Shown here one piece after another: positions 1-12,177 of a stretch of DNA of 64,000 nucleotides (position 1 is the stretch's first letter; each line of letters starts with the position of its first letter). This DNA is from Octopus sinensis. Its lineage: Eukaryota. The notes beneath the pieces were generated by a model that did not search any database, had not been told where the DNA came from, and saw only the letters and a list, made by a program, of their open reading frames with translations. A program made the position numbers and the translations under genes. Where the stretch lies: positions 4,030,001 through 4,094,000 of the forward strand of contig NC_043004.1 of the NCBI RefSeq assembly GCF_006345805.1, written 5' to 3'.

Positions 1-332
1 CACATGGCTCAGTGTTTAGAGCATCGAGCTTACGATCGTGAGATTGTGAGTTCGAATGCCGGACCGGGCTGCGTGTTGTGTTCTTGAGCAAGACACTTTA
101 TTTCACGCTGCTCCAGTTCACTCAGCTGTAGAAATGAGTTGCGACGTCACAGGTGCTGCCAAGCTGTATCGGCGCCTTTGCTTTTCCCTTGGATAACATC
201 GGTGGCTGGGAGAGGGGAGGCCAATATGCATGGGCGACTGTTGGTCTTCCATAAACAACCTTGCCCAGACTTATGCCTCGGAGGGTTACTTTGTAGGTGC
301 AATCCCATGGTCATTCATGACCGAAGGGGGTC
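1..332 (+). mobile_element. tRNA-derived SINE (family C)
   Basis: A-box-like TGGCTCAGTG and B-box-like GAGTTCGAATGCC, then a TTCTTGAGCAAGACACTT..CTCCAGTTCACTCAGCTG central domain shared with copies at 4100, 10647, 35431, 43620, 48898. Confidence 0.8.
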
Positions 333-472
333 GCGACGCAGGTGGTATAGTTGCAGTTGCTTTTCTCCCTTGCATTGCACCCCTAAACCTGTTAATGCTG
401 GCTGGAACAAAGTCTCTAATACCATTTGGACACAACAATCTCCATTTTGTTCGCCCCAAATATGCATATGTA

Positions 473-995
473 CCGTAAATCCTCGAGTATAGTCTGCCCT
501 TGAGTATAATACGCAGGGGATTTTTATGGGGTTGTACTTCTGAAAAACCTAAACCCTGTGTATAATACGCACCCCTTCTCTAACTTGAGTTGTGCGTAAT
601 TAAGCCAGCAGCACCGAGTCGAACAAATACTTCTGCGCATGCGTAATACAATAATGCTGATGTTCTTAACTGTTATATGGGAATGTAAATATGTTTGCAA
701 ATTGTTTTTGTTACATGTTATTCTGTGTTCCGAATACTTTTATTTTAATAAATGTTGCTTACTGAAAGTTATGGACGATTCTTTTATGACTTCATTGCTT
801 TCAGGCTTAGCTTAAGGTATTTTCGCACCCGACATCACAAAATGCGTCTGAATAAATATTGCCGGAGAGCAAATAGAGACTCAGACATTGCTTAGAAAAT
901 AATTTTCATTTTTAACCTCGTATACAGTACGCACTAGGGATTTTGACCTTAAAATTTTGGGGCAAAAAATGCAGATTATATTCGAGGATTTACGG
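473..995. mobile_element. pogo/Tigger-type (Tc1/mariner superfamily) MITE
   Basis: 25-bp TIRs CCGTAAATCCTCGAGTATAGTCTGC / GCAGATTATATTCGAGGATTTACGG (2 mismatches), TA on both sides (471-472, 996-997), no ORF. Confidence 0.85.
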
Positions 996-2074
996 TATTT
1001 ATGTAGCTATATAATAAAAGGCTTCTAGAATAAACCAGCTTTTCATTTTATTTCGAAAATTTATTTGTAATTTCGCGAGTACTGTATTGCGACTTTTAAA
1101 AGAGTTTCTTCAAAATTATAATTTTCTTAAAAGTTCCCCATTTTCCCATACCAACATTCCAGATGTTTTTAAACTCCACCGTTCATTTCTGCATGGGTGG
1201 ATTGGGGTAGGGAAGCTGAAATTAACAGCCAAAGTTTTGAAAAATAGTTTTCCCAAAATTTCACTTGTTTAAATCACCTTTTCCAGTTTTCGGAATAAAA
1301 CTCGTCTCACAAAAATAAGGACAGCATCATCACTTGTTCCTACTCACCCCAACCAATATATATCAAAATATTTGATAAATTCTTCTCTTCCCACTCTTAC
1401 ACCAAAACCCCGTTTAAGTCTTCAGAGCGAAAATCAAATTTAATGTAAATTTGTAAAAATTTAATGTAAATTTTTCTTAATACATGCTTCCATGCAGATT
1501 TTTATAGATTTGCAATTGGCTTCTTTCCCCGACAAAAACGTTTCCTGTTACCTGGTTCGTGTCTTAGTCATCAGTATATGATTCCATTCACATCTAGAAT
1601 ACAATGAAGCAATGCTTTTCATTGGAGCGAAACGGGTCCCTGGGTGTTGTGAGGATTAAAAACTAGGCGGACAATTATTACGCTTAAAAATATTTAGGAT
1701 TGCTTAAAACAACTAAAACTTACTTGTTCGATATTATAGCAACGATAGACTCGTGGTGTGCTTAAAGTATTTCTTGAAGACGTGAACATGATCAGACCGT
1801 TTTTGTCTCAAATCGGTTGACTCACATTTGCTATTCTGCTTTCTGACTGGTAGTATCAGTTAATACATCTACTGTTGCTTTATTGGTATTTTTCAACACA
1901 CGAATTAAACGCATGAACCCACGTGAAGAATCTTGCAAACCAAATCCAAAAACGATATATATTAATATATATATATGCGTGTGTGTGTGTATATAAAGCA
2001 TATTACTCTACCGCCGGTATTCGAGTACTATTTTTTCCATCTTGTCTCACATTTATGTGCTTACTCTGGTATAC

Positions 2075-2107
<33 letters not shown>

Positions 2108-2110
2108 CAT

Positions 2111-2828
2111 AAGGGTAAAAAATTAGAATAATTTATTACCAGTGGTTCGCATGCGTAATAAAAGTCATAAGACAACATATTTCCATATATAAGCGTATAT
2201 AAAGATATATACACGAAGAGAAAACCCATGACAGGACCTCTTACATGCTAAAAAAGGGCAGTTAAACCCAAACACGAAAAAAAGTAATTCTAATGGTACG
2301 CCAATAATGGCACTAGAATGAGAGGAATTATTATTTTTAGTTAATCCCATACACGAGTTTCCTTATTAATGAGCAAATAGATTACACATGCGAACCACTG
2401 ATAATAAATTATTCTAATTTTTTACCCTTGTCATTTACACAGGAAAATTTCCTAATTCTGAGGCTTATAGTATGCTGTTTAAAATTAAATTTTTGCTGCT
2501 GGCTATGTGAATGCACTTGCGCGCTGGATTTGAATCCACAATGTTAAATGATGTAGCTCGCAAGTGTTTTTTCGGTACGTATTAAGCTACATATTTATTC
2601 ATTGTTTTGGCGATCCCACTGATGAACTACGGATGACAAATTAATTTATTTGCACATTAATAGGGAAACTCGAGTATGGAATTAACTAAAAGTAACAATT
2701 CCTTTCAATCTAGTGCCATTATCGGCGTGCTTTTAGAATTATATTTTTGTTTGGGTTTCACTGCTCTTTTTAGCATTAAGAAGTCCTGTGATGGGTCTTC
2801 TCTTCGTGTATACATCTTTATACATTCT

Positions 2829-2830
<2 letters not shown>
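2111..2830. repeat. Nested inverted repeats, probably PLE-terminus derived
   Basis: 2111-2159 is the reverse complement of 2381-2429; about 2190-2385 is the reverse complement of about 2640-2830 (seen as the near-identical ORFs MGLTKNNNSS.. on - and MELTKSNNSF.. on +); (TA)n flanks. Confidence 0.7.
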
Positions 2831-2908
<78 letters not shown>

Positions 2909-3112
2909 GATATGTAGAAAAATACAGACTGAGACAAGAACGCATAAAAACTTAGAAGACGATACAACAAACACAGACAGGGTATTCGAAGCCCTCAGTC
3001 TTCAGTCAAGAACCGGATCATCGTAGTAATTTCGGCTGATTAATCTTGAGATTACTAGAACCGGCCAGCCCTCCAGGAAAAACTAAGCAACGAGCATTAG
3101 AAAAACTAAGCT

Positions 3113-3301
3113 ATATATATGTTTGTATGTATGCATATATTTTATTTATTACACTATTGTCTGACAGCGCTTCGCGTCGGGTTCGTTCGAATTTTCGCTT
3201 CGTTCCGTTTCTTATCCTCCCAGTATTGTTTTATAATATAATTATGACGCGAAATTCTCTCCCTTTGCTTTACCTTCCCCTCTCTCTCAGCCGCGTTCTT
3301 C

Positions 3302-3335
<34 letters not shown>

Positions 3336-4058
3336 ACTCCTCCTCACTTTCGTCACTGCTAATCCTTTTGCACGTTGCTTTCAGGCCGTAAGGTCATGTT
3401 TCCATGCGCTCGCCAGTACCTCTTCCGTCCCAGCCAGAACAAAGGCCTTTCGTTTGTTTTTTTCGTTTGTTTTCTTGTTTATTTTGATTTCTCGTATTGT
3501 ATTTTATTTCTCGTTTTGTATTTTCTTGTACATATATTTTTATCTTGTATTTTATTGTGCAGTTCTATTGTTACGTCCCGTTTGTGTTACATTTTTTTCG
3601 TGGTTGTTTTACCCCTCTGCGAGGTTATTTTATTTTAATTCTCTCGCAGGAAGGCTTAGTATTGACGAGTCGTGTCCTGTCTTGCCTTCGAAACACGGTA
3701 AGTCTACTAGTGACAGCTGATGAAGGGGATTTTTCCTTGTGTAGCATGTCCTGTACCTTGTTTTTCTGATGTAAATAATGTTTTTCCCGTTTTCGTTCTC
3801 GTCCTGTTCCACGCCTCTGCCTTTCTGTTGTAACAAAATGGCTTTTCCGTTTTCGTTTCTGTTGAGTTTTACGTCTTTTTGGGGTGTCCTGTACGTATAT
3901 ATATTTATATATGCATGTATATATACATGTAGATGTCGGTACGTACATATATGCTTGTATGTATGCATATATTTTATTTATTACACTACTGTCTGACAGC
4001 GCTTCGCGTCGGGTTCGTTCGAATTTTCGCTTGGTTCCGTTTCTTATTCTCCCAGTAT

Positions 4059-4070
<12 letters not shown>
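3113..4070 (+). repeat. Non-coding repeat element bounded by ~125-bp direct repeats (pLTR-like)
   Basis: 3113-3240 is repeated at about 3945-4070; the internal part (CTGATGAAGG + pyrimidine-rich tail ending GTCCTGTAC) resembles 17850-18030 (+) and 62170-62400 (-). Confidence 0.55.
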
Positions 4071-4099
<29 letters not shown>

Positions 4100-4101
<2 letters not shown>

Positions 4102-4388
4102 CAAGTGACCTAGTGGTTAGGTTATTGAATTCACGCTCGCTATATCTTGTGTTCGATTCCGGGTATGGGCGGATCGTTGTGTTCTTGAGCAAAACACTTC
4201 ATTTCACGTTGCTGCCGTCCACTCAGCTGTAAATGGGTTCTAACCCTGAAACGGACCAGCCTTATCACCAGAGGGAAGATCGTTGACCTGTTTCATCTAA
4301 CCAGCGGGGTGACATCATTCAAAAGCTAAAACAATGCGATACGCATTGTGACCAGTGATGTATAACTACGCCCAATTCTCTGATTGAT
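4100..4388 (+). mobile_element. tRNA-derived SINE (family C)
   Basis: A/B-box head GTGACCTAGTGG..GTTCGATTCC, family C central domain; tail also present inverted at 47250-47361. Confidence 0.75.
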
Positions 4389-4424
4389 ACAAGCGCATAT
4401 GTACATGTATGTGTATGTGTTTGT

Positions 4425-4433
4425 GTGTGTGTG

Positions 4434-4464
<31 letters not shown>

Positions 4465-5755
4465 AATATATCCCTTCCTTTGTTTCTTCTTCCTCCTCTT
4501 TTCTTGCCCTCCTATCAGTATTGATCAACTTAACAGTTCTTTTCGAAACTACTTATATAAGTTCTCTTTAAAACAAACATATCACACAATAAACCTTCGT
4601 CCTTACATTTCTCTTCTGCCGCACCATCACATCCCCCCTCGTCCCTCACCACCACCACCACCACCATATCTCTCTTCTAATCGCATAAATCATTGATATG
4701 GTCTTTCGCTAACTTTTTATCTCTTGATATTTATAATTTTTAGTTTTCTTAAATTAATCCAACCCCCCCTCGCCTTCCTACACCTCCTACCTTTCTTTCT
4801 TACTCTTCCTTTTACTTCGTTGTCTCTCTTTCTTTCTCTCTTCCATTGTATCCTTTTATAATTTAACCGTTTTTATCCCTTATTTAATCGTTTTTACGTA
4901 CGCTAACCTATTGATTACTGGAAAACCAATCAAATTAAATATTTACCTTCGAATATTTTTGGCTATCCAACGAAATTTTAATTATAAATAAATAATTGAG
5001 ATTATTAATGGTCTTTGTTAAATCGCCATCACGTGACGAATTGTGGACTTCAATTAACACGTCTATTATATATGTGTGTATATCATGATATATATGTGTG
5101 TGTGTGTGTGTGGTGTGTGTGTGTGTATAAATATATCCCTTCCTTTGTTTCTTCTTCCTCCTCTTTTCTTGCCCTCCTATCAGTATTGATCAACTTAACA
5201 GTTCTTTTCGAAACTACTTATATAAGTTCTCTTTAAAACAAACATATCACACAATAAACCTTCGTCCTTACATTTCTCTTCTGCCGCACCATCACATCCC
5301 CCCTCGTCCCTCACCACCACCACCACCACCATATCTCTCTTCTAATCGCATAAATCATTGATATGGTCTTTCGCTAACTTTTTATCTCTTGATATTTATA
5401 ATTTTTAGTTTTCTTAAATTAATCCAACCCCCCCTTTCCTTCCTACACCTCCTACCTTTCTTTCTTACTCTTCCTTTTACTTCGTTGTCTCTCTCTTTCT
5501 TTCTCTCTTCCATTGTATCCTTTTATACTTTAACCGTTTTTATCCCTTTATTTAATCGTTTTTACGTACGCTAACCTATTGATTACTGGAAAACCAATCA
5601 AATTAAATATTTACCTTCGAATATTTTTGGCTATCCAACGAAATTTTAATTATAAATAAATAATTGAGATTATTAATGGTCTTTGTTAAATCGCCATCAC
5701 GTGACGAATTGTGGACTTCAATTAACACGTCTATTATATATGTGTGTATATCATG

Positions 5756-5765
<10 letters not shown>
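4425..5765. repeat. Tandem duplication, unit ~667 bp x2
   Basis: 4461 aligns to 5126 and 5083 to 5751 with near identity; units bounded by (TG)n. Confidence 0.9.
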
Positions 5766-5789
<24 letters not shown>

Positions 5790-6083
5790 GTATGTGTGTA
5801 TCATAATATACATACATACATACATAAGTATGTATGTATATATATATATACTCATATACGAATATAAACAAGAAGGGTAGTAATATTATTTACTACCAGG
5901 TGCCCAGCACAAAGACGAATTAGTCATAAGACAAAAATATTATTCATATAGAAAAATATTATTCATGTAGTTAGAGCCCTTAATTATATACTCATATATG
6001 TATATACCCATATATATGTGTACTAGTGTATATTTGCTTGCAAGAGATATACATATATAAATCCATGAAGGTAAACAAGATAT

Positions 6084-6141
<58 letters not shown>

Positions 6142-6354
6142 CATTTCTAAATATCTGAGAGAGATTTATGCAGTAGTGGTACGATAAATTAGTTGTATAC
6201 AGTCAACTTAATGCGACAGTCCTATGAAGGGAATCATACTACTGCTATTTAGCTCTAGGACGCAGCAACGCTTCCTGTCGGCCTTGACACATTTCCTGTG
6301 TCCTTATGTTTGCAAGGGGGAGATAACCACCCCCACCCAGCTAAGCCTGCATCC

Positions 6355-6391
6355 AGAGACTAGTTTCTGATTCTGTGCTCGTCATCAGTCT
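6355..6391 (-). ncRNA. Minimal type I hammerhead ribozyme motif
   Basis: Minus strand AGA-CTGATGA-CGAGCACAGAATCA-GAAAC-TA-GTC-TCT: canonical core, 3-bp stem I, palindromic stem III (ACTAGT), GUC site; weak stem II with a C.A mismatch. Confidence 0.7.
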
Positions 6392-6705
6392 TAAGTAGCA
6401 TAGCCTGCTAGTTGGAGATGCCTATCTAGCCTTTGCAAACATATAAGAATTCTAGTGAAATACATTCACTGCTTTCAAAAATAGAAATAATTCATTTCTC
6501 AATATCTGAGAGAGATTTATGCAGTAGTGGTACGATAAAGTAGTTGTATACAGTCAACTTAATGCGACAGTCCTATGAAGGGAATCATACTACTGCTATT
6601 TAGCTCTAGGGCGCAGCAACGCTTCCTGTCGGCCTTGACACATTTCCTGTGTCATTATGTTTGCAAGGGGGAGATAAGCACCCCAACCCAGCTAAGCCTG
6701 CATCC

Positions 6706-6742
6706 AGAGACTAGTTTCTGATTCTGTGCTCGTCATCAGTCT
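6706..6742 (-). ncRNA. Minimal type I hammerhead ribozyme motif (second copy)
   Basis: Identical to 6355-6391, offset 351 nt. Confidence 0.7.
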
Positions 6743-7123
6743 TAAGTAGCATAGCCTGCTAGTTGGAGATGCCTATCTAGCCTTTGCAAACATATAATAA
6801 TTCTAGTGAAATACATTCACTGCTTTCAAAAATAGAAATAATACATTTCTCAATATCTGAGAGAGATTTATGCAGTAGTGGTACGATGAAGTAGTTGTAT
6901 GCTGTCAACTTCATGTGACAGTCCTATGAAGGGAATCATACTACTGCTATTTAGAAACTACTCTCTCGATGCAGGCTTAGCTGGGTGGGGGTGCTTATCT
7001 CCCCCTTGCAAACAGAAATGTGTCAAGGCCGACAGGAAACGTTGCTGCTTCCTAGGGCTAAATAGCAGTAGTATGATTCCCTTCATGTGACTGTCACATT
7101 AAGTTGACAGTATACAGCTACTT

Positions 7124-7154
<31 letters not shown>

Positions 7155-7277
7155 TATATTATATGAATGTATATGTATATCTATACATATGTTATTTATA
7201 TAAATACATACATTCATATATATATATATGTATATGTATACATGCATACATACATGCATATATATATAATATATATA

Positions 7278-7329
<52 letters not shown>

Positions 7330-7760
7330 TATACGCATACATATATGCATACATATATACACGTGGTGGTACGAATTCTCTACTTGCTTTTCTATGATTG
7401 ATCAAGGAAGGGATGTAGACTCCTCTGATAAGAAACCAATAAGGGTCAAAACTGAAGGGGTTGTCTCACAGTGTTTTAATCTGCGGAGAAATATTTAAAA
7501 ATGCCATGTCTACATATATTATATCATCCCTCGATACTGTGTGGACTGAGATCCCTGTTGACAGGACCCTGATATTAACAAAAATGTGTTAATTACTTGT
7601 AACATGCAAATTAGTTCTTCCAATTGTCGGAACTTACTAGATTTAATGAGTATTTCAACGAATTGGTTCATTGTTTGTCTAGGATTACCCAAACGATGTA
7701 GACACATCTGATGAAATAAGTGTGACACGTTTCTATGTCCACTATGTAGGTCTAGACACA

Positions 7761-7866
<106 letters not shown>

Positions 7867-8202
7867 ACTATACACCCGAGTACGCACATGTATATGTAAG
7901 TATATGAAAGTTTAACAGGATTATATTGTAATCGAACTACAGTTTCGTTCCACCGACTTTTGGGATGACTACGGCATTCCCCGGCATAGGAGCAGAGAGT
8001 ATTAATATTGTTTATCTAACATTTGAAAACAATGTCTGTCTGTCTGTCTATCTATCTGTCTGTCTCTACACGCTTCTTAGACAAGGCTATATGGAACATC
8101 TTGATATACCTGAATCACGAACGAAACAAAATCTTTTTCCTCTCTTCCTATATATCTTAATCTTTACCCCCTCTCTCTTTCTCTTTCTCTGTATCTCTAT
8201 CT

Positions 8203-8242
<40 letters not shown>

Positions 8243-8574
8243 ATTTCTCTATCTCTAGAGGCAATTTCTACGTACATATTTCGCTTTGTTATTTGATTCA
8301 GTCATTTTTTCACAAATGCAATTCCCTTTCATCAAATCCTAGCAAAGAACGATGCCTCGTTTCGTTTCTTCTCTTGAGATTCACATTAACTCGCCTGTGT
8401 GCAAGTATTTTCGGATGTATGTGACTATATACATATATATATATATATACATATATATATAATATGTATATATATATAGACATACACATATATATTACAC
8501 ATGTGTATGTTTAGATATATATATATGTATGTGTATGTATGCATACATACACACACATACAAAGAGAGAGGGAG

Positions 8575-8950
<376 letters not shown>

Positions 8951-9590
8951 TATCCATAAATCAGAAGAAACGCCACTCTCCTGACTATCTCGTCTGAGGA
9001 GCGCTATTTGACATGGGCCAATAGCACTGGATTATATAAACATATATTTTTTTATCGCTGAAAGTCTGAGGAAAATTTTCAAGTATGTGGTCATGAAACA
9101 TATTCCTGAAAATCAGATCTTATGTCTATCGAGGATTTCGTTTACTTGATGAACCCAGCCCAAAACTTTTTGCGGACATAACACGCTGGGCTTTCCCTCA
9201 CAAAACAGTCCGATTAAATAGACATAGATTTCACATACCAGAAAGACTCCATGTAACAATGAGATGTATCATCAGCCGTTAGTTTTTATTTACGATCATA
9301 CTTTACAAGTGATAATATCAACTCGGTTGGAGCGAGCGAAGTGCCAATTTTAGACAAAACAATTATGAAACTATTTATAATTCTACACCTGTACCATATA
9401 GGGAATACTTAACTGGAAACCAGTCGTCTCCGATTGAACCAAATTATAAACGTACACGTACAACATAAGTATGCATTTATGCATATAAATATGTACATAT
9501 TTATGTACATATATATGTATGTACACATTTATATATATAAAATATATTAATATATATATATGTGTGTGTGTGTGTGTGTATACGCATATA

Positions 9591-9782
9591 CTCTTTTATT
9601 TGTTTCAGTCATTTGACTGTGGCTATGCTGGAGCACTGCCTTTAGTCGAGCAAATCGCCCACAGGACTTATTTGGAAGCCTAGTACTTATTCTACCGGTC
9701 TTTCTTGACGAACCGCTAAGTTACGGGGACGTGAACTCACCAGCATAGGTTGTCAAGCGATGTTGGTGGGGGACAAACACAG

Positions 9783-9842
<60 letters not shown>

Positions 9843-9998
9843 GACAGGCTTTTTTCAGTTTCCGTCTACCAAATCCACTCACAAGGCTTTGGTCGGCCGA
9901 AGCTATAGTAGAAGATACTTGCCAAGGTGCCATGCAGTGGGAATGAACCCGGAACTATGTGGCTGGTGAGCAAGCTACTTACCACACAGTCACTTCTG
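9591..9998 (-). mobile_element. tRNA-derived SINE (family B) with internal microsatellite
   Basis: Minus-strand head GTGACTGTGTGGTAAGTAGCTTG..GGGTTCATTCCC; body shared with 16039-16428 and 46421-46710. Confidence 0.8.
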
Positions 9999-10023
9999 CG
10001 ACTAAATATATATATATATATAT

Positions 10024-10171
<148 letters not shown>

Positions 10172-10386
10172 CGCATATGTATATATATGTATAAACACTT
10201 GTATAAACATACATACACGTGCACACACACACACACAAACAATCAGAGATAATCCTTGAAGGACTTTAGTCAAACAAATCAGGTCCCTACTCAGTCGATA
10301 TGCTGAATCGCTAATTTAAGGGGACATAATCAAACCAACACCTGTTGTCAAACAGAGATAGTGGAACAAACACAGACACAAAGGTA

Positions 10387-10426
<40 letters not shown>

Positions 10427-10646
10427 GAAAGAGAGGAAATGAAAGAGAAAATGAAAGAGAGAGAGAGGGGGGAGTGAGAGAGAAATTAAGAGAAGGAAAA
10501 TAGGAAAAAATAATTGATGTAATTCTCCCTTTCATATGACTACAATTGTTTCCACACATCGTATCAACAGTATTACACTGGTTAGGTGATAGAATTAACA
10601 TATATCAGGAGATATAATTAACATGAGGTGATATAATTAACAATGT

Positions 10647-11003
10647 GGAGGCGCGTGGCTTAGTGGTAAGGTTGTCATTATCATGATCGTAAGATTGTGG
10701 TCTCGATTCCTGGACCGGGCGACGCCTTGTGTTCTTGAGCAAAACACTTCATTTCACGTTGCTCCAGTCCACAAGGCGGCGAGCTGGCAGAACTGTTAGC
10801 ACGCCGGGCGAAATGCGTAGCCGTATTTCGTCTGCCGTTACATTCTGAATTCAAGTTCCGTCGAGGTCGACTTTGCCTTTCATCATTTCGGGGTCGATAA
10901 ATTAAGCACCAGTTATGCACTGGGGTCGATGTAATCGACTTAATCCGTTTGTCTGTCCTTGTTTGTTCCCTCTGCGTTTAGCCCGTTGTGGGTAATAAAG
11001 AAA
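10647..11003 (+). mobile_element. Chimeric SINE: family C 5' part fused to complete family A SINE
   Basis: Family C head 10647-10772, then AAGGCGGCGAGCTGGCAGAA (family A start) at 10773. Confidence 0.75.
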
Positions 11004-12019
11004 CATATATAATTAATATATTGCGTAATCACTATCATCCCTCAAAGGTCTGAGATATTTTTTTCAGGTGATTATTTGGAATAAGTCGTTCGTTAGACCA
11101 TACTGTTATTTCGCTTTGTACAAGAATGAATACCCAAATCAGGTGGGAAAGATGAGTGAGATGAATTTGTTCTGCAACGTCTATATAAATAAACATTTCG
11201 AATTTCACAGAGAATAATATAAAATACAATCATAAACTTGATAATATCGGGACTGGCCAGACATGCTACTTGTGCACCGCAGAAAATTCAACATATCTAA
11301 TAAATTAAATAAATATGCTAGCCAAACAGAAGAAATTGTGTGGAACTATGTGACAGAGACCAGAATATCAATTTAAAAAAAATTTGTCCAAGTAATAAAC
11401 AAGATAGATATCAAATGACATGACAATGGCAGAAATAGCAGAGGAAACACAAGAAAGCCAAAAGCAGCAGGACACCAAAACGAAGTAACGAACAAATTAT
11501 CCACCGGAGAAGAATAACAATTTAGAAAGATTCTGTATAAAATCTAATCCCACACAGAGTTTATGAGACGTATTGCTAAAAATAACTTACAAATGAGAAA
11601 GAATGATAACAATATGAAGACGTAATTGACAGGTAGAGGACAATGGAAGTAGCTAAACAAATAGATAACTCGAACAAAACAGGATACAGTTATGCGGGGG
11701 CAGGAGACCTTGTAATTTAACCCTTAAAAAATGGTACAGACAGATAAACCATGTTTCGAAAACAGGATATAGCTACCTGATCGACGAGTTGAACGAGAGA
11801 AACTATCAAACTATTAAATGGAAAGTGACAACACGACAGTGAAAGAAAAAAACATAGACGCATCAGAACATAAATACAAAGACAATTACAATCCGGAGAG
11901 GTGGAATAATCAATGAATTGGCAAATGAAACGCCTACTATCATAAACAACACGTTAGAAACCGGCTTATGAAAATAATAGCCATACATAAAATGATGAAA
12001 CCATATGTGTGTGTGCGTT

Positions 12020-12050
<31 letters not shown>

Positions 12051-12136
12051 GTACATATATATATATATGCATATAGGAAAATTAGAAGTTGAAAATGTAC
12101 TGAGAATAGTTAAAATATTTATTATTATACTTTAAA

Positions 12137-12177
12137 GCTTTAACCGGCTTCACAGTTTTCACTGATTTTCAAAAAGT
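12137..12177 (-). ncRNA. Variant HHR-like motif (U3-A8 core) in PLE-1 3' terminal repeat
   Basis: CTTT-TTGAAAA-T CAGT GAAA ACTG T-GAAG-CCGGT-T-AAAG; A15.1 mutated to G in this copy. Confidence 0.45.

Larger units (their letters stand above)
6137..7126 (-). repeat. 351-bp tandem array (x2.3) plus inverted partial copy; HHR-bearing, retrozyme/PLE-pLTR-like
   Basis: Units start at 6137, 6488 and 6839; 6952-7126 is an inverted copy of part of the unit; (TA)n on both flanks; HHR on the minus strand in each full unit. Confidence 0.85.

Noticed and set aside
9200-9285. Minus-strand CTGATGA..GAAA..GTC
   Set aside because: Stem I does not pair and stem III is neither paired nor palindromic
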